A stretch of DNA of 63,803 bases, filler included, from Globobulimina sp. (taxonomy: Eukaryota), in assembly GCA_003354225.1 (NCBI GenBank). It is 40 parts of 40 records of this genome, joined end to end, with 100 filler letters (N's around TTAATTAATTAA, not from the genome) between each part and the next. Parts side by side here need not be neighbours in the genome. Positions count along the whole stretch, not along the records: positions 36,757 to 38,253 come from PIVH01015741.1; positions 38,354 to 39,850 come from PIVH01015742.1; positions 39,951 to 41,447 come from PIVH01015743.1; positions 41,548 to 43,044 come from PIVH01015744.1; positions 43,145 to 44,641 come from PIVH01015745.1; positions 44,742 to 46,238 come from PIVH01015746.1; positions 46,339 to 47,835 come from PIVH01015747.1; positions 47,936 to 49,432 come from PIVH01015748.1; 32 more parts are not named here. One strand, given 5' to 3'. Of this stretch, positions 36,812-48,771 are shown piece after piece (the first letter of the stretch is position 1; every line of letters starts with the position of its first letter). The position numbers and the translations under genes were made by a program. Under the pieces are notes generated by a model. That model had not been told where the DNA came from and made no database searches. It saw nothing but the letters and a program-made list of their open reading frames with translations.

Positions 36812-38020
36812 TTACAAAATAGTTACAAAATAGTTAGGCGTAACTATTTTGTAACTATTTAGAACGCCCAGCCTCGACCAAATCGCAGCCACTTGAGACA
36901 CAGGAAAAAGAATAACAGCTGGAATCCAACAGTAAAACTTACCCACTGATAATTGTCTTAACCCATAAATATTAATTGAACCCATAAATATTGTCTTAAC
37001 TTTATGTCGTATTGCATATTGTATCATCTCTAAGATCATAATATCATACACATTCTTATTCTTTGTTACTTTTCTGTTGGTGCCACCCATTATTCCTCCA
37101 ACTGATTCGCCAAACCCTCTTGAAAATCCTTTGTATAAATTGCATGGTCCACTTGATATGCATATGGATGTGGTGCAATGGTCGCTGTTGTTATTGAATT
37201 TTGTGCGTGACAAAATTGTAACTCTCCCAATTATTTGGCACTAAACCTATATTTTTTCGGTTTAACTTGAATGGAGAAACTATTTCGAACTCGTTTTTCT
37301 TTTCGTTGCAAATTCTTAAATGCTTTATTCTTTATAAAACCTTGCAATGTTTGCGGGGTTTGAATAAATCCGTCAGGTAAAAACCTAAAAACAGAAGTTG
37401 CAGTCAACCAATCGACTTTGGCACTGTCTAACACTGTGAGAATAAAATTCTGTTTTTTCTGGAAATGCTGCAACATTGATTGCATTACTAATTTTTCTGA
37501 GACATTGTCCTCTTTGAATAAAATAATGGGAATAAAAGATGACCTCAGAATTGATCCAAATCAAGTCACAATAAGGAATGTGTACATCATCAAACAAATA
37601 ATAGCCAAATGTATTGCGCCACCACTGATAAGCAGCCTTATTTAACATCAGTTTCATCAATGTATTAATGGTCATTTCCTCTCGGGACGCCCATGTTATG
37701 GCCACTAAGTTGTTTGATTCGTCAAACATTTGCAAAAATACAGTGCCACCAAATCTGAATAAACTATTGAAATGTTTGAGAAACGACATGAAATGTGCGT
37801 TAATTCCAAGCGACTCATTAATATCGCCAATCTCTATTTCTTTGATTCGAAGTAATGCTCCTAATTTCATGCGTTGATATCGAAGATAAACATCATAAAT
37901 AAAAACAGAACTGAAAATAATTGCCATTGCTTGAGTTTTAGATGTTGTGAAAACGAGGAATACAAGTGCTGCTGTCACTAGAGAGTGTTTATTTCCCAAA
38001 CAAAAATTGAAATAAACCAT
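36812..38020 (-). pseudogene. Fragmented membrane-anchored protein, possible GNAT/FemAB-like C-terminus
   Basis: Three successive minus-strand ORFs in different frames; YDIMILEMIQYAI..K...IFMG resembles the end of a GNAT fold. Confidence 0.3.
36817..36860. repeat. Perfect 20-bp-stem hairpin within 11-bp tandem units
   Basis: AAATAGTTACAAAATAGTTA-GGCG-TAACTATTTTGTAACTATTT, with further AAATAGTTAC units just upstream. Confidence 0.9.
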
Positions 38021-39032
38021 GCTAAGATTCTTGTCTGTGGAATAGGAGTTGGTGTTGGTGCTATTATAAAGTATTGAATGCGATAATAATAGGGGTTTCC
38101 GATAAGTACTGATTTTTTAAAAAACTTGTCAAACAGCTTCTAAATTTCCAGTCAGTTCAATAAGTCCACCAATTTTCAAAAGTTCGTGAAGTATGTTAAT
38201 AAGGGGACTAAGATAAAGTAAAGACAAAGAAGAAAGAATATAAATAGGATACANNNNNNNNNNNNNNNNNNNNNNNNNNNNNNNNNNNNNNNNNNNNTTA
38301 ATTAATTAANNNNNNNNNNNNNNNNNNNNNNNNNNNNNNNNNNNNNNNNNNNNCTAAAAATGCAAGATTTGCAGCAGAATGAAACTTGTGAGGATTATTA
38401 TAAAATACATCAATGCATTCCACTCTGTCTTTCGTAGAATACAGCATCGATTTATATCATAAATGTCTCTCTAAAAAGTATAAAGGAAAAAAAATACACA
38501 CAAAAAAATAAAAAAGCCAAATCTTGTTCATTGATGGAGTTATTTAGCAGTATGGGAGTCATGCACTTGAAATAAACATATCGAGTTAACATGAGATAAT
38601 ACTTCTCCATTTCCAACAAACTCATCTCCCAAAAAATATGTTTTTCTGTCATTGTGCATGTTATATTAATGATACATAGCATTCAGCACATTGTTATTAT
38701 CAGTTTGCTTTGCATTGCTTTGATAAAAATTCAAAACATCTTCAAAACTATCACCGTACTGTGGTTTGGATAGTTCATCCATTACATATTTAATAAAACT
38801 AACATCAAACACAAATTTCTTTTTATATCGAATTGTCAATGTATTTGAATTATCATTTTTAGCAAAACCTTTCTGTGGAATGGTATGTTGATGATAGTCA
38901 CCAGTCGGAATTAATATGTTTATATAATAAATTCTTGATTCACTGCAGGTAAAACTAGATCGAACATCATATTCTACAAAGTTAAAATATAAATTTAAGT
39001 CTTGCAATTGCTTAATTTGAATTGTACCCACA

Positions 39033-39159
39033 CTTTCCCCGTACTTTGGTTTATAGGGATTACTTTGTATTGTTATCACTTATCACCATCTGCCTTGCTG
39101 TTACTGTACGAGGATAAATCTAAGAAATAATCCCTCTATAAAACAAAGTACGGGGAAAG
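39033..39159. mobile_element. 127-bp MITE-like insertion with ~29-bp TIRs and CA duplication inside a minus-strand exon
   Basis: CTTTCCCCGTACTTTGGTTTATAGGGATT versus AATCCCTCTATAAAACAAAGTACGGGGAAAG; excision joins ...VNDWEWN to VGTIQIK... in frame. Confidence 0.75.
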
Positions 39160-40077
39160 CATTCCATTCCCAATCATTCACAGTGAAAATTGATGCGTCC
39201 ACTGTATATATTTCAATGTTGTATGCTGCTACAATATGTTTCAACAATTTCGATCGACAATTTAGTTCTGAATATTCCATATTTGCAATTCTTGGAATAT
39301 CTATTTATCTCAACATCAAATCTATCACAATTCACCAACTTATCCACATGTACAGCAGCTGCAGTTGATGAGGCTTTTTCTTTTAAATACGATTTCATCA
39401 ATGATTTATTGTGCAAATATCGTATTGTTATCTTTGTAGATGATTTTAATTTCATTTTAAATATTTCAATGTTGTGCTGAAACAGTGGATATGAATTTAT
39501 GCAGAATGTAATGTAATATGGTCCCGACTGTAACGCATACGTTTATCAATACCGCTTGTATCATTTCTATGTTTTGTTTTCTTACATCAAAATATTGAAT
39601 CAGCAGCAAATTATTTTTTTTATCATTTGCTTGTTTGTGTGCTTGACTCAAAATGGTTGGTTCTGAATCATTGTCTGTTAACACCACAATATGTCTTGTA
39701 TCAAACAGAAAATATTTTCTTTGTTTGCTGCTGACATCTCCCAATATTTTCACGTCGCCTTTTTTATTTTTTATATTTATACCGTTGAGACAGAATTTTT
39801 TACTATCAAAATTATGCAGTAATTATTAAAGTTTCTATATTTATCTCTTTNNNNNNNNNNNNNNNNNNNNNNNNNNNNNNNNNNNNNNNNNNNNTTAATT
39901 AATTAANNNNNNNNNNNNNNNNNNNNNNNNNNNNNNNNNNNNNNNNNNNNTATACACAAATAACATAGTATACAAAGATCTGAAAAATACTTTTTTTTTT
40001 ATATTAATAGTTTGCGTAATAGAAGAAGTTTGATCGATGATTGTTATAAATATAACAGGCGCATAAAAAATTGATTA

Positions 40078-41447
40078 TCATATTCTTGCCGGTATCGACG
40101 TGCTTTGATTATCATATTCTTGTCCATAGTCGCCACAGCAAACTAACCTCTGCCGAACATAAACACGCATCAGAGCGCGTCCACATTGACATAGCGCGTC
40201 ATTTGTATCCTGACCATCACATTGCGCCACACATTTATTTGCATAATCCACACCATCACAACATAATGGTTTGTACTCTCGCGTACATAAACACTCTGTC
40301 TGTTGGTCACAACGTCCATGATTAGAAGTCACCGGAGTCTTGATACCATCGCAGCGAGCGGTACACGCATTGCTGTAATCGACACCGTCACAACACAATG
40401 GATTATAATCCCGCGGACACATACACAAACTCTCACAGCTACCCATCACACAATGATCATACTGCAACTCCGCCGGTTCATTAATACCGTAACACTCCGC
40501 CGCGCACGGATTGAAATACGTTTTGCCATCGCAACATATACATTCTCTTTGTGCACATTCCATAGCAACCCAATCTGCTTCCAAATCGTATCCGGCACAT
40601 TCTGCAGTGCAGTCATTACGGAAATCTTTATCATCGCAACAATGTGGTGCGTGTTCACGGGTACATTTACATTTGGTCTCCGTACACGTTCCCTGTCTGC
40701 AGGTCTCGTCTACATCTAAGAAACCATTACATTGCGCCACACATTTACTGCCATACTCCTTCTCATTACAACAGTATGGATCATAAATATCGGCATAAAC
40801 AAGTCTGATCCTCGCAGTGTCCAGCAAGGCAATGATCTCTCGCTGGTGCGGCAATGCCAGCTCGTTCGGCCATGCATGGATTTCCATAACTTTCGCCCTC
40901 ACAACACAATAATGTCCAATCTAAGGTACAATAGGAATGATCACAGCGACCTTCTTTACAGTCAACCACAGGGTTGGCAAAGCCGGCAGCTTTGACCATG
41001 CACTCATTGCCGTACGTTACATCTCTGCAACATAATGGATCACAATCCGCAGTACACACAGCGGGTCGATCGCATTCACCAATACTACACGCTTCCTGTC
41101 GCTCCGCTGGCTCATCAATACCATCTGCTTCCGCCATACAAGGATTTGAACACGTTTTGCCATTACAACATAAATGCCTAAACTCCATGGTACAGATACT
41201 GAGATCTTCGCAAGTGCCTTCGGTGGGATTGCGTCTCTGAGAAGCCATCGCATTCTACCTGGCATAAACTACCATACGTTTTACTGCCTAAACAACACAC
41301 TGTGTCACATTCGAGCCAAAATATAACAGACCCATTCCACATTGTTTATAAATAATGATTTGATACACGCAAATCCGTAAAATCCTTTACATGGGTCATT
41401 ATGACCTAATAAATCCACCATAAAACAAGGAGATATTGATAGCCATG
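40078..41447 (-). CDS. Multi-domain Kazal-type protease-inhibitor-like protein, frameshifted
   Basis: At least 8 units C-x5-P-x-CC-dG-xx-Y-x-N-x-C-x-A-x-C-dG; frame changes near 40165, 40800 and 41250. Confidence 0.8.
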
Positions 41448-41547
41448 NNNNNNNNNNNNNNNNNNNNNNNNNNNNNNNNNNNNNNNNNNNNTTAATTAAT
41501 TAANNNNNNNNNNNNNNNNNNNNNNNNNNNNNNNNNNNNNNNNNNNN

Positions 41548-41620
41548 GCACCATTGGCGCAGTTGGTAGCGCATTGGTCTTATGTACCGACGGCCGAGAG
41601 TTCGAGCCTCTCATGGTGCA
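41548..41620 (+). tRNA. trnI-UAU: tRNA-Ile(UAU), intronless
   Basis: 73-nt cloverleaf: GCACCAT/ATGGTGC acceptor, GCGC D stem, TTGGT-CTTATGT-ACCGA anticodon arm, GAGAG-TTCGAGC-CTCTC T arm. Confidence 0.95.
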
Positions 41621-41634
41621 ACCAACACTGGTGC

Positions 41635-41673
41635 GTCGCATTAGTCTAGTTGGTCAGGATAGCTGGATCTCAC
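41635..41673 (+). pseudogene. 5' half of tRNA-Glu(CUC)
   Basis: GTCGCAT-TA-GTCTAGTTGGTCAGGAT-A-GCTGG-ATCTCAC, then an abrupt A-rich sequence with no 3' half. Confidence 0.7.
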
Positions 41674-41811
41674 TTCAAAAAAAAGAAAATCTTAAAAAAA
41701 AAACTTAAAAAGTAAACACATATGTACATAACACAACAAATAACATGACAAACAAGTAACATTAGAAACATTAGACACAACAAAATAACGCATTAATTAA
41801 AAAAAAACATA

Positions 41812-43044
41812 TCAATAATCTGAATCAGAAGAATTTGTTGATTCCCTGCCTGTATCAGTGTCATTATTGTCAATTTGATTACGATTCAACGTGTCATTTG
41901 AACCACCAATTCTGGATAAAATGCGAGGTACCATTATTGACAATGATGTGATGGTTTCCTCAGCAATGATATGTGTTAACATAGATTTTAGAGGTCCCAA
42001 TGGTATTTGTTGTAAAATATCGTCGTTTGTTGAATTGATATCATATTCTAAACCACATAATATCGATTTATATCTAAATAATAAAGAAATATTATTATCA
42101 ATATATTCACTGATCCTCTTTTCAATCTCTTCTGCGACTGCATTCTGTGTTGTTCTCTACAAAAATGACAAAAAAACCATCTTCGATCAAAATGACAAAC
42201 AAAAAAGAAAAGATAAGCTTAAGCTATATACCTTAAGATGGTCCATGGAATCTACAACATGACTGTATGAAAATGGAATGACAGAATGCGTTTCTCCAGT
42301 AACCTCCAATGAAGATGCTTGATCCTCGTCATATGATTTCAAACAACAACGTTGTAATTTGTTCCATCTTTTTATATCGGCACACATTAATCCTAAACAC
42401 AAAGAGTTAATCACATAATCCAACGGATAAATCCATTTCAACGGAGTCCCGTCAATTAAGCGAGGAATCGTTATAATTATCACTGACGATATCAATTGAA
42501 TTCCAGTCAAAGTCATTGCTTTCACCACTTTTGCGTCTGAATTATGATTATATGACTGTCCATTGCGTAATTGACCCAACTTAAATACCAACATATGACT
42601 AAATATAATCACATACAACGCCTCAATTACTTGAAACATAACCGCTGCTATTCTGCGCCAAATATTTATCACTTCGTTTTTACATTTGATATACACCATT
42701 TCATAGCGACCTAATTTAACAATATCTTGCTGTGTAGAAAAATGTTGCTGTGATATGTATGCAACTGCCAATATGATAAGCAATGTTTATATTTAAATTC
42801 CTTTATAATTAATGATTCATAGCTGTACGCAAAATAAAATACCACAATCAATATTTTGTTAAAAGCAAGGATCGATTCTTCCATCATATCTGAATATTTG
42901 CACGCATTATCAGTATAACCAAAGAAACCATATAAACCATTGTACGTCGACAACAGCACAGTAAAGATGTTATATGTAAAGAATATTGCTAATGAAATTC
43001 TGTATCGAGATGTTGTCCATTTTCGGTAACCATATTTTACAAAT
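41812..43044 (-). CDS. 7TM/GPCR-like membrane protein, fragmented
   Basis: Successive hydrophobic helices ending in PLDYVINSLCLGLM; frame change near 42785. Confidence 0.45.
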
Positions 43045-44741
43045 NNNNNNNNNNNNNNNNNNNNNNNNNNNNNNNNNNNNNNNNNNNNTTAATTAATTAA
43101 NNNNNNNNNNNNNNNNNNNNNNNNNNNNNNNNNNNNNNNNNNNNCAGCATATTTGACATTACGAAACTGCCTCGCTAACTTCTATATTAAACCTGACCTG
43201 TGACTCATCCCAATCAACTATTAATAGTTGAGCCGGCCAAACAATGAAAATGCCATCAATTCCGTCTTCTCATAATGTTGCTCACAGCTATTAATAGTTG
43301 GCAATCAGTGACTCGGACAATTTACTTCTAAAAAAACATGGTTTGGACCAATTTCTCTTTGTTGAGCGTAGAGGAGCCTCTCCTCTGAAGAAAGCTAATT
43401 GGTATAAATAATAAACAGTTATTGGCGATGAAAAAGGTGCTTATTAGCCCCTGACACAATTTCGACTACCTGATTTAAACAAAACAAAAAACTGTTTCAT
43501 TGGCAAATTCATTTTGTTCACATTTCTTGAACAATTGAGATCTCTACGGTTATTTACATAAATGGAACAAGCAACAAATAGCAAAGCAATCATTTTGTAA
43601 AAGTTTTAACGTTGATTGTGCATGTTTATCAATTCAAGTCTTTATTGTTGTAAGATAGTTGTTGACAGCAGTCTCATCCATAATAAGGAATATAATGTTA
43701 TTAATTTCAGTAAATGTTGCAAACACCTGACAAAAAGCACGATTTAGCATAATCGATTTATTTTCCAATTGAAACACAACAGAAAACATGATAGAAAGCC
43801 AATATCCAGCAGAACTTTATCCCAAATGCCGCAATATATAACAAATCAAGCTGAAATGGTGAGAAATTTGTAGATGACAACATTTTATTCTGGTAGTTTA
43901 GACCGAAATCCATATATCAGAAATTTTATTTAAATATCAAAACTCAATACTAATACCAAAATCTCTTATTATTCCACAGAATCTATGGGTATAAAGTTAA
44001 AAAAGGCCCAAAATTCAAAAATTCAATTTTGCAGTGCAGGTTGTTGTTACAAATTAGTGGCATTGGTCCCAGTTTTTAAAGCCTCAGTCTGGTTTTACTG
44101 CAGTAGTTTGAGAAATAGGCCCCTCATCCCGTTGGGTGAACATTAAAGAATTGGAAAGAGAATAATAATAAGCATGTCACATATATGTATTAGTGCAATC
44201 AATTTGGGGATTTTTATAGGCACAAGAATCAAAGAGTATTGTACAAAGACAAGTGCCAGTTCACAAGTCCAGTAGGCGGCACCGTTAGGGTAATGGAAAT
44301 ACAGTAATTTTAGACAAGTTGATTCTGTTGTAAATGAAACTTTAGTAAAAGATGCAAATTGTATAAACAGTAACAGTGTACCAACTCGGGTAAAAGATGA
44401 CCTTGTCAAAGACAATCTTGTCCTTGATGACCTTTATGGTATAAAGTTGAACAGATTGAAGGGTCAATTATACAATGGGAAAGAGGGACAGCCTCCTATG
44501 GTTTGGAACCAGACAATCAACATAATACATCAAGCATCACTAAGGTGAATGCTACTACAGGGGAAAATACATATCTTCTTCAAAGCCTTTGGCTGCAATA
44601 ACGTCCCAGAGGAGGTCGATGACTTCCTCCCCCTGGGTGGTNNNNNNNNNNNNNNNNNNNNNNNNNNNNNNNNNNNNNNNNNNNNTTAATTAATTAANNN
44701 NNNNNNNNNNNNNNNNNNNNNNNNNNNNNNNNNNNNNNNNN

Positions 44742-46238
44742 TATCAAAAACACCTCTTGTCTTAGACTTGTTCTGACTATTCTGTTGCCTTGTTTGGTGT
44801 AATGATACTGTGGCACAAATGTCACATTCAGATTGTTGCCAATGTATGTCCGAATATTTGCTCGAATTGATGCTTGAGTAATACCCGTGGTTGTGGCTGT
44901 CTTTCCTGTTCCTGGTGGGCCACCCACTGCTGCTGATGGATCCCTAGGTAAATGCGTTGTTGGGTCCTTTTCTTGCAATCTTCTGATTATTTCTGTCTGC
45001 CTTATTGTCATTTTAATCATTTTTGTTGCTCCAACAGGTACCAACATCCGATCCTCTTCTTTCACTGGTATTGTCGGTTTTAATTCTCCTGCTCCGCATT
45101 GGTTCATTCCCATAAAATCGGTCAGTATTCGAGTTCTCCGGGTATTGTTTCTGTCTACTTCTGTTGGTAGTACTTCCGGTGGTAGAACCGAATAATTCTG
45201 ATGTTGTCCACTCTCCAGCTGATTTGATCCATCATCCATCCATTGAATTGGGGCCAATGATGCCTCCGGTCTTTTGACCATGTACTTTTCCACTTCCTTC
45301 ATACTCATTTGACCAACGAGTGCTTTCTTGGTGTCCTTGTTTACCAATGTTTGGAACCATATAATAATTTTGTTGCGTCTTTCAGCTACGTAGTTATGCC
45401 ATTTATACATTGCTGTCTCTTGTTTTGGGTTTATGGACAATTCTACAAAGTTACCAACCGCTGTATAATTAAGGTCACTTGTACCATGTGGTAATCCTTG
45501 TTTGGCCAATGTTGTTTTCAATAATCCTGTATCTCGGTCCATTTCTTCCCATTCTGGTTCCCATTTCTTGCCTGGCATGTACGCATTGGTAATTCGTAGC
45601 ACTCCAGCATTCATGCTTCCAAGTTTTGTTAGTTCATATTGATGTTTCTTTTTGTTCCATTCTGCTGGTGTAATTTTGTATCGACGATTGTACCCCACTT
45701 GGGTGTTTTGAAGTCTTTCCTTCACTACTGGATCCAATACAGCATCTGCGATAGGCACGAGTAGTTGGATTTGAACCTTTCCTTCGCGATAGGCTACCCG
45801 CGCCTGAGCAGCAAAGCGTCCCTTGTTGCTTTGTTCAAGTTGAGCCTCAATTTCGTTTGCTCCAATCAGTGCCATTACATTGAGAAACATTTCCAATTGG
45901 TTGTCTCTTGTTGAATAATTTGGATAGAAATATCGATTTAATACTGGCACGAATTTGGCTGAATCGATACTGGGCAAGCACCAGTGTCCCATTTTCAACA
46001 CTGCTTCGGGTCCGGCCTCTGCTCTGAGTACATAATGCTGTTCAATCGCCACAAAATATGTAGATTCTTCATTTCCTTCTTCATCGAAACCACAGTATAT
46101 ATCGAAGTCATCTTCCTGTTCATTCCATTGAGGTTTTTCCCTTCTTTCCATTTCCCCTAACTTGACAATCATCACTAATGGTGAACCCGGTCCCACATGA
46201 TCGTGATTGAATAATGATTTTTGTGGTGTCACCCAAGC
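44742..46238 (-). CDS. Large intronless protein ending in an SF1 (Upf1/DNA2-like) helicase Walker A, partial
   Basis: AAVGGPPGTGKT near the contig end; ~440 aa of unrecognised sequence upstream. Confidence 0.55.
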
Positions 46239-46538
46239 NNNNNNNNNNNNNNNNNNNNNNNNNNNNNNNNNNNNNNNNNNNNTTAATTAATTAANNNNNN
46301 NNNNNNNNNNNNNNNNNNNNNNNNNNNNNNNNNNNNNNTGTCTTTATGTCCTGCGTGTTGCTTCATTGAATGACATTGATCCTAATTCAAAAACAAAACC
46401 GTTTTCGAAATATTAATTCATACGTACCTAATTGGGAACAATCGGCCACATATTTGCATAATAAGCAGACCTGTTTTCAGTAGAGTTCTGTGAACATTTC
46501 AAACTACAATTGAGAATTGTAAAAAAGCTATTATATAA

Positions 46539-47834
46539 TTAATAGAGGCAACAACTGAAATTTAAATCCATTACAATGTAAAAGGTGACAATACGCGATG
46601 ATATTTCATCCAATTGATTCAAATGCATTTTATATCCTTTCATCAACCCATTCTGATAAATATATCCTTTAACTAATAACAATGCAGATTCATAGGTGAT
46701 GTTCTCGTGATTATATATCAATTTAACCGCATCTTTTACATAAACAATTTGTAATTTATCCTGTTCACCGACTATTTCACAAATAAAGTTATTATCAAAT
46801 GCATAAACACTGCGTGCAAATAAAATTTCACATTCGTCCTTAAATTTAGATATCCACGACACATCACAACAAATTATATTTTGCCTCAAATGCTTGTCAA
46901 ATTCCAATAAAACACCATTATCACAGCAAAACTGCACTGCAACCTTCCTTTCCCATGATGTGCTCACATAAGTTTTAAAATAACCGTTTTTGATTAATTT
47001 TTTATCCAATTTGACCATTGATAAACCAGAATATACGCTATAACATCCTGTCTCATGTTCACTTTTTAAACATAAATCAAACCACTTCCATGTCGAATAA
47101 TCGCCTGATATTTGAGCAGCACACATTTTCTGGTTTACTGAGCATCCGGTATATAAAACAAGTGATAACATCTCTGCTCTGTTTAGCGGTGAACGCATAA
47201 TTTTATGTCTGGTGCAAATCATATATTCATCCACTACTTCTAAAATAGAAAGATGATCATAACCACGTTTTGTGTACAGAACATGTTGATATCCATTCTC
47301 ATTTAACTCTGCCATCAATGCATATAAATAGTTTCCTTCGGAAACACCTTTTATGGCACAATCATCCCATGATGGACTGTATAATGGTTTATTTTGTTGA
47401 TCATTTTGATTTAAAATCAATGAGTTGATGTTTTGCTGTAATTCAACTTGAGCTGCTCTTGGTGGATGACGAAATAATGCCAAATGACATCGATCCTCCA
47501 TTTCATCACTCTTTTCTTCTTGCATTCGTATGAATGCCTTGCATTCGTCGCCATGTCTACATCTCGGTTTGTCTCTATATCCATTGGCAAAATGAACAAA
47601 ATCATTCAAATGTTTCAAATTTTCCGCGGTCAACATATAATTTATCATATTCGAATAAACACTGCAGCAAAATGGATCACTTCCACCTTTCATGAATGGA
47701 CATGTTATTTCAGAGTTTTCCACAAAATGTGGGTACACTGTACAACGCACACTAACTTGTATTCCTTTTGTGACAATATTGAATATATTAAATGATTTCT
47801 TTTGTTCGTCGATTACTTTAAAACTAGCTTCAAT
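46539..47834 (-). CDS. ADP-ribosyltransferase-fold protein (S-S-E variant) with PBZ-like zinc finger, 5' partial
   Basis: KPRCRHGDEC...H...FRHP; LSLVLYTG; VYSGL; YVSTSW...AVQF; DVSWISKFKDECEILF. Confidence 0.75.
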   Translation of the reverse strand: MEASFKVIDEQKKSFNIFNIVTKGIQVSVRCTVYPHFVENSEITCPFMKGGSDPFCCSVYSNMINYMLTAENLKHLNDFVHFANGYRDKPRCRHGDECKAFIRMQEEKSDEMEDRCHLALFRHPPRAAQVELQQNINSLILNQNDQQNKPLYSPSWDDCAIKGVSEGNYLYALMAELNENGYQHVLYTKRGYDHLSILEVVDEYMICTRHKIMRSPLNRAEMLSLVLYTGCSVNQKMCAAQISGDYSTWKWFDLCLKSEHETGCYSVYSGLSMVKLDKKLIKNGYFKTYVSTSWERKVAVQFCCDNGVLLEFDKHLRQNIICCDVSWISKFKDECEILFARSVYAFDNNFICEIVGEQDKLQIVYVKDAVKLIYNHENITYESALLLVKGYIYQNGLMKGYKMHLNQLDEISSRIVTFYIVMDLNFSCCLY

Positions 47835-48028
47835 GNNNNNNNNNNNNNNNNNNNNNNNNNNNNNNNNNNNNNNNNNNNNTTAATTAATTAANNNNNNNNN
47901 NNNNNNNNNNNNNNNNNNNNNNNNNNNNNNNNNNNAAAAAAAAAAAAAAAAAAAAGGGGGTGTTATTTTTTACAATTTGTTGTATGATGCAATGAGTTGA
48001 TGAGTGGATGAGTTGATGAGTGAAGGGT

Positions 48029-48761
48029 TTATAATAAAATACAACAATTACACTGTCTTCCGGATGAATTCGCCTCTTCAATGTCAGATGGTCCATTTGT
48101 ATTATTTCCACTGTTTTTAATATTAAGTCATTGCGTATTTGCGTACAAAGAAAGAAAGAGATACCTTTTTTTAACTAATTGTTTAGCAATGATCAAAAAA
48201 GATTTATCCACATTTGCTGCAGTTTTGGCAGACGTTTCGATAAAAGAAGCATTGACAGATTGAGCATATTGCGATGCCTCATTTTCGTTTACTTGTCGTT
48301 GATTGATTAAATCCGCTTTGTTGCCAACAACTAATTTGGTGACAGATTCGCCCGCAGCTTTATGAACTTCGTCTAACCAGTCTTGGACGTGGGAGAATGT
48401 TTCATTATTTGTAATGTCATACACTAAAATCACTCCGTTTGCGCCCCGATAATAGGCCGATGTGATGGTGCGAAACCTTTCCTGTCCGGCGGTGTCCCAT
48501 ATTTGCAATTTCACCAATTCATTGTCGACGGTCACTGTTCGGAAACGAAAGTCGACGCCCACTGTGCTGATATAATTATCCTCAAAAGAGTCATCTGCAA
48601 AACGGAGCAGTAACGATGTCTTACCCACCGAGGCATCGCCAATTAAGACTAACTTAAATAAGTGATCGCTACACTTTTATATTATATTATATTATTATAT
48701 GATATGATATGATATTATATTATTATATATATATTAACAATTCTCTTGTTTTGCTTGTCAT
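48029..48761 (-). CDS. Rab1-like small GTPase, complete, three exons
   Basis: MTSKTREF|DHLFKLVLIGDASVGKT..WDTAGQERFRTITSAYYRGA..NKAD..ETSAK..|..QCNCCILL*; introns 48669-48738 and 48111-48164. Confidence 0.93.
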
Positions 48762-48771
48762 TGTTTTTATA

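Noticed and set aside
43145-44641. Contig with an 18-bp palindrome (43214-43231, partial copy at 43285-43300) and a short ORF
   Set aside because: No coding signal, and an AT-rich palindrome alone does not support a feature call.
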